Below are positions 16,267-24,773 of a stretch of 64,000 bases of DNA, piece by piece. Below the pieces are notes generated by a model. That model did not search any database and was not told where the DNA came from. It was given only the letters and a program-made list of their open reading frames with translations. The position numbers and the translations under genes were made by a program. The stretch is from Patescibacteria group bacterium (lineage in GTDB: Bacteria > Patescibacteriota > Microgenomatia > UBA1400 > PJMF01). The stretch covers positions 9,092-73,091 of the forward strand of contig JBMORQ010000027.1 in assembly GCA_049322575.1 (NCBI GenBank), read 5' to 3'. The stretch's first letter is position 1. Each line of letters opens with the position of its first letter.

Positions 16267-16947
16267 ATGAAAACAAAACAATCATCATTAAAACTTAACA
16301 GGCTTCCATCCATAATTTTCCTGACAACCATAGTTTTTTTCGCTTTCGTTTTTGTTGGAACTATTTATTTTAAAATATTTAAAAGCAATACCGCTCTACA
16401 ACCAAAGATCGCCGATAACCAAGAGTGGATTAATAAAAATCAACACGACTTTACGCTGATTTTTGTTGATATGTTTGATCAGGCAAAACAGTGTTCTGAA
16501 AAGGGCAACATTCCACACATTTTTTCGGACTATCTTGATAATTGTGATGGATTAATCCGCTCGCGACTTGATTCATTTAATTCTCTCCTAAGCATTGATA
16601 CAGCCACTGCTACAGAATCACGGAAACCAATTTATTTCATTCGCCTGAATGAAGGTGGATATATTGAAAAACTATTTCAGTCAGGAGTTTATTATCAAGA
16701 TAAAATTGACAATTCAAATGATCTAAAAATAAAATATGTTTTAGAGGGTAAAAAAAGTCCACATCCATTCCCCATGTTTACTTGTGATGGCGGAGACGAC
16801 CTTCCTTGTAACTGGCTGCCTCTAAAAATGATTCTTCCAGACAGACGACTATTAAAGGATTTTTATTCTGAAATCGAGCTAATTTATCCAATTAAAAATG
16901 AATCAGGAGAAATAATTGGTGCGGTCGTCATTTTATACGCTGATTAA
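16267..16947 (+). CDS. Hypothetical membrane-anchored protein (N-terminal TM helix, extracytoplasmic domain).
   Basis: 226-aa ORF, AT-rich. N-terminal TM helix IIFLTTIVFFAFVFVGTIYF. No recognisable domain. Confidence 0.5.
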   Translation: MKTKQSSLKLNRLPSIIFLTTIVFFAFVFVGTIYFKIFKSNTALQPKIADNQEWINKNQHDFTLIFVDMFDQAKQCSEKGNIPHIFSDYLDNCDGLIRSRLDSFNSLLSIDTATATESRKPIYFIRLNEGGYIEKLFQSGVYYQDKIDNSNDLKIKYVLEGKKSPHPFPMFTCDGGDDLPCNWLPLKMILPDRRLLKDFYSEIELIYPIKNESGEIIGAVVILYAD

Positions 16948-17026
16948 AATCAATTATTGTTAAAAATTGCTGCAAAACCTCCAAATCCCTCAACAATTAT
17001 TTAAATTTTCCTGCTAGAATACACAC

Positions 17027-17893
17027 ATGACAGGAATAATTGGTGCGATTATTGGTGCGACTGGTTTCGGCACAGCCAATATCGTTATCAAAAAATCACT
17101 TTCAACATTAACCATCCCTCAAACACTCATGATGTCGACACTGTCTGGCATCTTTTTTTTGACAATCTTCGCTTTGCTTTCTCATGGATTTGCTGATATT
17201 ACTTTATCAACTTTTCTGGCAGCTATAGCTTTAGCCGGTGGCGAAACCTGTTTATATCTAATTCTCTACAAAACCTTTGATGTGAGTAACGTGACGGTAG
17301 CCGCTGCCGTTTCAGGCACTTATCCACTACTTTCTACACTTGTTACAGCTTTGTTGTTCTCTGAGTTTCCCTCACAAAGCCGACTGTTTTTCATCTTTTT
17401 ACTTGTTGTGGGCGGTATTGTCACCAGCATCGATTGGAACGGTGTTTTCAAAAATGGCTTCGATAAAAAGGACTTAGTGAAGGGTTTTGGTTGGATTGTG
17501 GCCACAACTTTTATTCATGCCTTATACTTTCCTCTTCTGGGCGGTTTTACGGCCAATGGTGCGTGGCAAACCAAACTACTTTTAATAAAAATCGTGTCGG
17601 CGATCTTGTTGTTCATAGTGTTTTTCGTGATAAGAAAGCAAAGCGTTTTGCCTTCAAAAGACAGAATGCCTTTCACTTCTTTGCTTGGATTGTTAGAAGT
17701 AATTGGATGGGCAGGGTATAGCTGGGCCAGCAATAGCACAGATGAACAAAAGGCCGTATTAATAGCCGCGCTCAATTCATCATCGTTGGTCACCGCAATC
17801 TTGGCATATTTCTTTCTCAACGAAAAACTGTCAAAATTCCAATATCTTGGAATAATCATGATCATAGTTAGTCTTACTGGACTATCGTTTTAA
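17027..17893 (+). CDS. EamA/DMT-superfamily transporter.
   Basis: 288 aa, about 10 TM helices in two repeated halves. No soluble domains. Confidence 0.7.
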   Translation: MTGIIGAIIGATGFGTANIVIKKSLSTLTIPQTLMMSTLSGIFFLTIFALLSHGFADITLSTFLAAIALAGGETCLYLILYKTFDVSNVTVAAAVSGTYPLLSTLVTALLFSEFPSQSRLFFIFLLVVGGIVTSIDWNGVFKNGFDKKDLVKGFGWIVATTFIHALYFPLLGGFTANGAWQTKLLLIKIVSAILLFIVFFVIRKQSVLPSKDRMPFTSLLGLLEVIGWAGYSWASNSTDEQKAVLIAALNSSSLVTAILAYFFLNEKLSKFQYLGIIMIIVSLTGLSF

Positions 17894-17895
17894 AT

Positions 17896-18999
17896 TTGAA
17901 AGATAAAATGCAACATCAAGATATTCACCCAACAAACCAGCACTCAGTAAAAAATACTAGCTCCACACCGGTTCATAAAGCTCACCAAACTCCCTTAAAC
18001 CTCAATTCAGAAAATTCTTTCATGACAAAAACAAAAGCTTTCTTGGGCGAGTTACTGGAAAAAATTGGCAGTAATCAAGTCGCTGTAATAATCGTCTCTG
18101 TTATCTTTTTTGTTTTAATCATGTCCGCAGCTGTTTTTGCCATGAAATCATCAGATAAAACAACTCGGCCAGAACAATCAACCAATTCATCCGAAAAGAA
18201 ACCGTCAAAACTCAGTTCGTTACTTGGCAAACTCGATTCTGATAAAAAGGTTAGTCCTTCTCCAAGTAACACCGTTGCACCTGTTCCCAGTGACAAACCA
18301 ACTCCCACTGCAACAACTGGCCCCAGCAAAACCCCAACTCCAAAACCGACAGCCAAGCCTTCCAGCACCCCAACCCCACTGCCGACTAACACCCCGGCTC
18401 CAACCTACACACCTGCGCCCACCAGAACACCTAACCCACCAAGAACCAGAATCTCCTTTCCCACAAATGGGCAAGTAATTACTGCTAACGAAGTTAATCA
18501 CACCATCTGCATCGTGGACGTTCCCGATGGTGGAGATTTTACTGGAGCAACCAAGAGAACCAACATTGATAACGCTGGTTGGTCAGCCTATCAAGGGCCA
18601 AGCACGACTTGCCCCACCTTAACTGATGGCAGTCACAGCATCGCTATTCAGTTTAAGAACCAATATGGCGAGGAAGGCAATGTCGCCAGTGTTAGCTACA
18701 CCTACAAATACGAAAATCCTAATCAGTGCACCGACACAGATGGCGGCCAAGTTTTTGAAACTGCCGGCACAACTGCCGGTGGAAGCTCAAAACTCTGCCC
18801 CGAAAACAACTGCGCCACTTTCTGCCCTGGTACGAGCTGTACCGACAGTTGTGGTTCCTACATTAATGGCAGCCTTCGTAGCACAACCGAGGGCGAGTAT
18901 GTCATTGAGTGGTTTTGCAACAATGGCGGTTTAACCTACAACGTCAGAATGTGCGACAGCCGAAGATGCGAAAACGGGGCCTGTCAGCCTGTTCACTAA
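17896..18999 (+). CDS. Secreted, membrane-anchored protein with a Pro/Thr-rich linker and a C-terminal Cys-rich domain (about 16 Cys).
   Basis: TM anchor (VAVIIVSVIFFVLIMSAAVFA). PT-rich linker (TPTATTGPSKTPTPKPTAKPSSTPTPLPTNTPAPTYTPAPTRTPNPP). C-terminal domain rich in Cys/Gly/Thr/Asn (CPENNCATFCPGTSCTDSCGS...CDSRRCENGACQP). Confidence 0.65.
   Translation: MKDKMQHQDIHPTNQHSVKNTSSTPVHKAHQTPLNLNSENSFMTKTKAFLGELLEKIGSNQVAVIIVSVIFFVLIMSAAVFAMKSSDKTTRPEQSTNSSEKKPSKLSSLLGKLDSDKKVSPSPSNTVAPVPSDKPTPTATTGPSKTPTPKPTAKPSSTPTPLPTNTPAPTYTPAPTRTPNPPRTRISFPTNGQVITANEVNHTICIVDVPDGGDFTGATKRTNIDNAGWSAYQGPSTTCPTLTDGSHSIAIQFKNQYGEEGNVASVSYTYKYENPNQCTDTDGGQVFETAGTTAGGSSKLCPENNCATFCPGTSCTDSCGSYINGSLRSTTEGEYVIEWFCNNGGLTYNVRMCDSRRCENGACQPVH
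18280..18450 (+). repeat. Low-complexity Pro/Thr-rich coding repeat (PT linker) inside ORF 17896..18999.
   Basis: Degenerate (P-T/A/S)n units. Antisense ORFs here (18075..18392, 18220..18501, 18224..18478) are artefacts of this composition. Confidence 0.5.
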
Positions 19000-19019
19000 C
19001 TAACCGACATTAACCACGT

Positions 19020-19413
19020 TTATTCTAACTGGCCGATTTTGAAACTCTGCAGGTATTCCTGTGCTTTAGGAGAGTGGTCGTTACCCGTACCCGGCTTGGT
19101 ATGAAAGATCCCAGAGGCATCTTTGCCACAGCCCTCGAGAATTGCTTCACCACCGGGGTGTTTGGCCGCTGCGATATATGATGTCACGTCATAGACATTA
19201 CCATCAACGGCAAACCAACAATCCTCTGGGGAAGCATGCTGGGAAATTTCATCTAAGCTGATTGTTTTTGACTGTTGTTCTGGGTTGTTTGATTCTACGG
19301 AGGTAGGTTGAGCTGGCTCCTTTGCCGAATTGCTGACTGGCGCAGAAGAATTGTTCAGGCTACATCCAGCCAAAACCAAACTTGTAAATAAGAGTAGAGA
19401 AAAAGTTTTTTTC
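19020..19413 (-). CDS. Cytochrome b5-like heme-binding-domain lipoprotein. GTG start at 19413 is preferred over the ATG at 19493.
   Basis: Lipoprotein signal VKKTFSLLLFTSLVLAGCS (lipobox LAGC), preceded by an AAAGG SD. C-terminal cyt-b5 fold with the HPGG motif (AAKHPGGEAILEGCGKDASGIFH). Confidence 0.6.
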
Positions 19414-19543
19414 ACAGAAACCTTTCTGTTTTGTATTGGAGAACAATTCTGTCTTACAAAGGCGAAAATGACAACATTGAAAAAATGATACATAGTAATA
19501 CTTAATAGACTTACTGCCTGAAATGTAGTTCAATAAAAAAAGT

Positions 19544-19822
19544 ATGAAGTTTAATCCCATAATCAGTAGAATTTCCTCTGGTTTTAAGAGCGCTAGTACC
19601 GGAAGTAGGATCAAGACAACCATAAGCTCAGAGGTAAGACAGCAACAAAACCAACAGTTACAATCTCAGCTCAATCAAGCAGTCGTCGAGCGAAGAAAAC
19701 TGGCTGCTGCTGAATTTGTAAATCCAGATCCATTGAAGAGCAATTTTAGACAAAGAGGTGAAATACTTGCCAGAAAAATTGCTGATTTACAGGCAAAAGC
19801 TAATGCTGAGACCAAAATTTAA
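19544..19822 (+). CDS. Hypothetical small Gln-rich protein.
   Basis: 92-aa ORF between the cyt-b5 and VKOR genes. No motif, so coding status is uncertain. Confidence 0.35.
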   Translation: MKFNPIISRISSGFKSASTGSRIKTTISSEVRQQQNQQLQSQLNQAVVERRKLAAAEFVNPDPLKSNFRQRGEILARKIADLQAKANAETKI

Positions 19823-19823
19823 C

Positions 19824-20240
19824 TTAAACTTTCTCTTCCGGTTTCTTCAACCAGACCAGTGACAAAACAAACACAATCAGCATAATAATTTGACACATCA
19901 CACAAACCGGACAAATAACACGCTCAACGAAAATCTCCAAAATGGTCAACCTTAAGCAGAAAAGCATACCAAAAGCTGTCATACCCACGGCCATTTTTTT
20001 ACTCTTAAAGAGGGTTGAAAGAAAAATCACCATATAGCCGATTAGGCCAATTATAGCCACTAGTACGCCAAAAACAGTTGCCAGAGCACCTTTGGTGATG
20101 GGTTCGCAGTTGACAGTCTCACTTATGTTGCAGATGCCCAATGTCTGGGATGTCATATATTCGTAAAGTAGGTAAGTGGCCAAGCCAACACCTATAATAG
20201 ATAAAAACATGATAATTTGGCGAATGAGTTTTTCTTTCAT
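19824..20240 (-). CDS. Vitamin K epoxide reductase (VKOR)-family membrane protein, standalone with no fused thioredoxin domain.
   Basis: Loop Cys pair (GICNISETVNC) and TM CxxC active site (ICPVCVMC). About 4 TM helices. Start moved to the internal Met (MKEKLIRQ...) to avoid overlap with recQ. Confidence 0.65.
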   Translation of the reverse strand: MKEKLIRQIIMFLSIIGVGLATYLLYEYMTSQTLGICNISETVNCEPITKGALATVFGVLVAIIGLIGYMVIFLSTLFKSKKMAVGMTAFGMLFCLRLTILEIFVERVICPVCVMCQIIMLIVFVLSLVWLKKPEEKV

Positions 20241-20297
20241 ACGGTTTTTTGTAAGGATAAGTTGATAAGCTACGCTAAACATAGCAAAAAAAACTCA

Positions 20298-21737
20298 ATG
20301 ATTCCAGAGTCTACTTTAAAAACATTTTTTGGCTTTCAAGATTTTAGACACGGTCAAAAGGAGATTGTCGATTCAATTTTGTCTGGCAAAGACACTCTGG
20401 CACTTTTGCCAACAGGTGGAGGTAAGTCAATTTGCTTCCAAGTGCCTGGACTGATTATGAAAAATCTTTCACTTGTTGTGTCACCGCTTATTTCGTTGAT
20501 GATTGATCAAGTACACAATCTTCAAAAAAGAAATATCCCAACATCTTGTATTCATAGCGGTCTAGACAAAGAACAACTAAAAAAGATCTTTTCCGAAATA
20601 TTATCTAATAAATACAAATTTGTTTATGTCTCGCCTGAAAGATTGGCTAATGATAAATTTCTGCGATTATGTCAGCAAATAACAATTTCTCAATTAGTTA
20701 TTGATGAGGCGCACTGTATCTCGATGTGGGGTAATGATTTTAGGCCGAGTTATAAAAGAATTCCTGAGTTTGTCAGCAAATTAGAAAATAGGCCAGTAAT
20801 GTCGGCTTTTACCGCTACAGCTACCAGAAAAGTGGTTAATGATATTGCTTCCTCACTTCAATTAAATAAACCAGCAATTTTTTATAACAGTTTCTCAAGA
20901 AAAAACCTTAATATTTGTGTTTATAGATGCGCCAGCCACAATCAAAAGATTTTGGCACTCATTTATCTATTACAAAAACATTTTGGTCAGTCAGGAATCA
21001 TCTACACAGCTACCAGAGAAGACACCAAGCAAGTTGTAGATATCGTTAGAAAATTTTCCTGGAATGAAAAATTGAGTAAGATAAAAATTGAGTATTATCA
21101 TGGAGCACTTAGTGCAGAGAGAAGGAAAAAAGTTCAAGAATTATTTCTTTGCAAAAAGCTACAAGTAATTTCCACTACTAATGCGTTCGGTATGGGTATA
21201 GATCAACCTGATATCCGCTTCATTATCCATTATCAAATTCCCGGTAATTTGGAAAATTATTACCAAGAAATTGGGCGAGCGGGAAGAGATGGCAATGATT
21301 CTCGATGCTATTTACTATTTTTTCCTTACGACGTAACAATTCAACAGGAAATGATTAACTCGAATAAAAAAATAACAATTGCTAGAAAAAACTACCTGTT
21401 TAACCAATTAAAGCAAATGATTTATTATGCCGAAAATAAACAATGCCTTCATCGATTCATTCTTAAATACTTCGGTGAACACTCGACAGCAAACTGTGAA
21501 ATACGCTGTAATCACTGTACAAAAGAAAGGCATCTCAAAATCAATTTTGAGCAAGATTCATTTCCGGAAATAACACATAACCCTTCTCTCAACCTGCCCA
21601 ATCTCACTGAAGAACAGCTAATTTATTGCCAACTACTTCAACCTAAAAAACTAGAGCATTTTTTAACCATCCCAGGTATTGGCGCAGCTTGGAGGCAAGT
21701 TTGGCTAAGCTCATCCAGAGAAAACATGGTAGAATAG
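20298..21737 (+). CDS. recQ: RecQ-family ATP-dependent DNA helicase (helicase core plus Zn-binding RQC, no HRDC).
   Basis: FGFQDFRHGQKEIV, LALLPTGGGKS, DEAHCISMWGNDFRP (DEAH box), helicase motifs to QEIGRAGRDG. Zn-binding Cys cluster (CLHRF...CEIRCNHC). Start adjusted to MIPEST... Confidence 0.85.
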   Translation: MIPESTLKTFFGFQDFRHGQKEIVDSILSGKDTLALLPTGGGKSICFQVPGLIMKNLSLVVSPLISLMIDQVHNLQKRNIPTSCIHSGLDKEQLKKIFSEILSNKYKFVYVSPERLANDKFLRLCQQITISQLVIDEAHCISMWGNDFRPSYKRIPEFVSKLENRPVMSAFTATATRKVVNDIASSLQLNKPAIFYNSFSRKNLNICVYRCASHNQKILALIYLLQKHFGQSGIIYTATREDTKQVVDIVRKFSWNEKLSKIKIEYYHGALSAERRKKVQELFLCKKLQVISTTNAFGMGIDQPDIRFIIHYQIPGNLENYYQEIGRAGRDGNDSRCYLLFFPYDVTIQQEMINSNKKITIARKNYLFNQLKQMIYYAENKQCLHRFILKYFGEHSTANCEIRCNHCTKERHLKINFEQDSFPEITHNPSLNLPNLTEEQLIYCQLLQPKKLEHFLTIPGIGAAWRQVWLSSSRENMVE

Positions 21738-21746
21738 CAGACTATC

Positions 21747-22106
21747 ATGATGACAATCGACGAACTCGTAAAAGAGTACAAAAAAATCAGCAATTTTCTA
21801 AACACCCGTTGGCCATTGAAAGACGGTCAGCAACGAATCTTTGCACGAACCATGAAGATTGTTGAGGAACTGGGTGAATTGGCAGACGAAATTCTAACCA
21901 GCATGAATCTGCAAAGAAATTCCAAGATCGAAAAATTTTCTAGAGAAAATATTGAAGATGAATTTGCAGACGTTTTGGCATCATTAATTCTTCTCGCCAA
22001 CGAGATGGACATTGATGTTGAAGCAGTCATGAAAAAGAAAATTAAGTTCACTCGCGAGAGATTTGAAATGGGTAGGGATGATGAGACTGATTTGAAATTA
22101 AGCTAA
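21747..22106 (+). CDS. MazG-like nucleoside-triphosphate pyrophosphohydrolase (all-alpha NTP-PPase).
   Basis: EELGELADEIL and EFADVLASLILLANEMDID are the MazG/dUTPase-like EExxE...D metal-binding helices. Confidence 0.7.
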   Translation: MMTIDELVKEYKKISNFLNTRWPLKDGQQRIFARTMKIVEELGELADEILTSMNLQRNSKIEKFSRENIEDEFADVLASLILLANEMDIDVEAVMKKKIKFTRERFEMGRDDETDLKLS

Positions 22107-22157
22107 ACATCACTAAACTTTTTAGCGCAATTATAATTCGCCAAAAACCCACTTCAA

Positions 22158-22790
22158 TTAATTAAAGCTAAAAATTTCAGTCAGAGAATCGATTAAATCT
22201 TTTTCGAATTGTTGGTCCCACTTTTGGATATCCTGATTAATTTTGCTGGTATCGTTTAACTGACAACTAGACCACAAACCACGTCGGCTATTCCTAGCAT
22301 TTTCTTCAGCCAATCGCAGCTCTTCTTGCTTTTTAACATCTGGTGGATAGGACCGAGCAAAGGCATATCCTTCCTCAACGAGTTTTTTGTTGACAAGAAC
22401 ATCTCCGAGCCAAACATAACGAAGAAGTCTGCCATATCTGTCTGTTTCGCTGGTGTCTTTTTCTAAACTAACAGTTTGTCCAGCAACTATATCTTCATTC
22501 GCCTTAGACGCTTCCTTGCCAAAGCACTCCACTCCAACTCTGGGGTCCTTCGTCTCTGGGGTATCTATGCCGATATACCTAACTTTTCTGCCATCAAAAA
22601 GCTGTATGGTATCACCATCAACAATTTTCTCGACCACCACTATTTCCAAACCATCTTCAGTCACCTCTCCCAAAACCTTTTTTCCTTCAGAAAAGTCTCC
22701 AGAGAAGATCTGATAGAGCGCACTAATAAATAGAACTAACAGGGAGAGAATACTTAGCTGTTTCTTGTTGAGCTTTTTTAATTTCACCAA
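22158..22790 (-). CDS. Secreted/membrane-anchored thermonuclease (staphylococcal nuclease, SNase-like).
   Basis: N-terminal TM helix. SNase core VDGDTIQL...RKVRYIGIDTPE...GQTVSLEKD...DRYGRLLRYVWL...Y. Confidence 0.8.
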   Translation of the reverse strand: MVKLKKLNKKQLSILSLLVLFISALYQIFSGDFSEGKKVLGEVTEDGLEIVVVEKIVDGDTIQLFDGRKVRYIGIDTPETKDPRVGVECFGKEASKANEDIVAGQTVSLEKDTSETDRYGRLLRYVWLGDVLVNKKLVEEGYAFARSYPPDVKKQEELRLAEENARNSRRGLWSSCQLNDTSKINQDIQKWDQQFEKDLIDSLTEIFSFN

Positions 22791-22883
22791 CTCAGAGTAG
22801 CTTAAAAAATGAACTTGAGCTAGTAGTGATTTGTCAACCTTTTTAGCGTCAACTAATCAAATAATCTCCATCAAACTTCACCC

Positions 22884-24731
22884 TTAAATGGACAAGTGCT
22901 GATAAAGATCGCCATCTTTAAAACCACGTGATCGGTAATATTCTTTGGTACCAATTGCTGAAATGACTGCTAAATTACAAAATCCATGCTTCTTTGATTC
23001 TTCAATTGCATGCTCAATTAGTTTTTTTCCTAATCCAATATGTTGTGCTTTATCGGCTTGATGGTTACCCAAACTGGTTAGCACTCCGTAAACATGAATC
23101 TCACGAATAATTGCAGAGTTTTTCAACTCCTCTATAAAACCATCGGTCTTTGGCAAACTGAGTCTAAGAAAACCAAGAAGTTTTTCCTGTGATCTAGTAA
23201 TGGTTGGCACCGTAAACTGCATAAAAATCTCTTTACTAACTGAAGTTTGATACTCAATTTGGCTATAGTTGATTTTTTCCATATTAAACTGCTCTCGTCG
23301 GATTTCTCGCGCCCGAATGTCCTGAGAGTCTTTACCCAATTGAAGTAGCTGCTTGTCAGCAATTTGTCTAAAATTTGTTTTTTTGTTACCCACCACGATA
23401 TCTTGCGAAGGGATATCTCGTACAATTCTAGTTAAACGACAATAGGGAGGAGTTAGCAACATTACCTCGGTCAAAACGGCTAGAAGTTCATCATCAGAAT
23501 ATGGTTTCCATAATCCTTTTTGGTAATATTGCATCAACTCGGCACTTTGAATGAGCGAACAGGGATAAACTTTTAATTCATCTGGACAAAAATCTGGATC
23601 CTCAAAGAGTCTTTTAAAATCTTCGATGTCGTTTTTTACTGATGAGCCATACAAATTAGCCATCCAGTGTGCATGAATCTTGAAACCAGCTTGTCTCAAC
23701 AAGGCAAATGCTCTACGAGTAGCAGCCACATCGTGCCCGCGATGATTTTTAAGTAGCACCTCATCATTCATGCTCTGGACGCCAATTTGCGTCTTGGTGC
23801 ATCCCAGGCGACGAATTCTCATAACTTCTACCTCAGAAATATTGTCTGGTCGAGTTTCTACTACCAAACCTACGTTGCGCACTTTTGACGTTTCATTGAA
23901 TTTCTGCTGTTCTTCAAGCTCTTGCCAAGTTGACTGTTGCCACTCATCTAAACCAAGTTTTTTCTCTGGAGCGACGTATAGTTCAGAAATAACCTGGTTG
24001 TAGGTTTTGGCAAGTTCTAATCCATCAAGTTGCTCACCAACTGTATTTTTTTGGTTGATTTCTGGCCTGTTCGTTAGGGCGAAGTGCTGATTTTCTTCTA
24101 AAAGATTAATCCTAGATTCATAGGCATTTTCGATTTTTTGTCTATCGTCATCTGACTCACCGTCAATTTTTCTGCCAAAATCATTTAAAGCTCTAAAACA
24201 CTCTTTTATAAACCAAATTTGGTATTTTTCAGGATAAAAGGACCAGGTTCCACCCAAAATGATTAGCTCGACTTTATCGATTTCATGGCCCATGCTGTAA
24301 AGAGCATCAAGACGATTATATGTTTGAAGATAGGGATCGAAAGAATTGCGCTCGGCACGCTGAGCACCGGGCTCGTTGCTGAGATAACTCTTGGGCATAC
24401 GAACATCGCTGGGACAAAAAATACATTTTCCAGGACAAGGAAATGGCTTGGTCAAAACCGTGACTGGAGCAACCCCCGATGAAGTACGAACCGGTTTCAT
24501 TTGTAGTTGCTTTATTACGCGCTGATCATATTTTCCGCATATTCCCGCATCTGTCATTTTTTTGTATGCCTCTATCAACTCAGTTTTTGCAAAAATTCCG
24601 CCAGTTTTTTTTGGGTAACATTTGATCAATTTGACCAAAGCTAATTTTGACAAAGGCATTGAAGCTTGCAACTCAGAAAATAGTTGCTTCAATTGGTCGA
24701 GATGTTGTTTATAATCAAAGCTTGTTGACAT
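22884..24731 (-). CDS. elp3: Elp3-family radical-SAM/GNAT enzyme (elongator catalytic-subunit homologue; tRNA wobble uridine cm5U synthase).
   Basis: Radical-SAM cluster FPCPGKCIFCPSD matches the Elp3 CPxGKC(I/V)(Y/F)CP motif. C-terminal GNAT domain (REIHVYGVLTSLG...QHIGLGKKLIEHAIEESKKHGFCNLAVISAIGTKEYYRSRGF) parallels Elp3 (RELHVYG...QHQGFG...ISGVGTRNYYRK). Leaderless: TATAAT is 8 nt upstream of the ATG. Confidence 0.85.
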   Translation of the reverse strand: MSTSFDYKQHLDQLKQLFSELQASMPLSKLALVKLIKCYPKKTGGIFAKTELIEAYKKMTDAGICGKYDQRVIKQLQMKPVRTSSGVAPVTVLTKPFPCPGKCIFCPSDVRMPKSYLSNEPGAQRAERNSFDPYLQTYNRLDALYSMGHEIDKVELIILGGTWSFYPEKYQIWFIKECFRALNDFGRKIDGESDDDRQKIENAYESRINLLEENQHFALTNRPEINQKNTVGEQLDGLELAKTYNQVISELYVAPEKKLGLDEWQQSTWQELEEQQKFNETSKVRNVGLVVETRPDNISEVEVMRIRRLGCTKTQIGVQSMNDEVLLKNHRGHDVAATRRAFALLRQAGFKIHAHWMANLYGSSVKNDIEDFKRLFEDPDFCPDELKVYPCSLIQSAELMQYYQKGLWKPYSDDELLAVLTEVMLLTPPYCRLTRIVRDIPSQDIVVGNKKTNFRQIADKQLLQLGKDSQDIRAREIRREQFNMEKINYSQIEYQTSVSKEIFMQFTVPTITRSQEKLLGFLRLSLPKTDGFIEELKNSAIIREIHVYGVLTSLGNHQADKAQHIGLGKKLIEHAIEESKKHGFCNLAVISAIGTKEYYRSRGFKDGDLYQHLSI

Positions 24732-24739
24732 CAAGGTCT

Positions 24740-24745
24740 ATTATA
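24740..24745 (-). promoter_or_regulatory. -10 box (TATAAT on the minus strand) 8 nt upstream of the elp3 ATG. A leaderless transcript is predicted.
   Basis: Minus-strand reading gcagTTATAATagaccttgATG. Confidence 0.4.
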
Positions 24746-24773
24746 ACTGCTAAATGTCAGTCTCCCTAACCAG

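Noticed and set aside
15788-16947. Integrated prophage or genomic island at tRNA-Leu/tRNA-Pro. The same question was asked at tRNA-Gln (25713) and tRNA-His/Arg (51527-52674).
   Set aside because: No integrase, recombinase, transposase or phage structural genes adjoin any of the tRNAs. Only a 12-nt tRNA-Pro 3' duplicate was found, which is reported as a possible scar rather than called a mobile element.
18075-18934. Antisense and alternative-frame ORFs (18075..18392 -, 18220..18501 -, 18224..18478 +, 18626..18934 +) inside the Cys-rich protein gene.
   Set aside because: They are produced by the Pro/Thr-rich and Gly/Cys-rich biased composition of the real gene (17896..18999). They have no independent start context or motifs.
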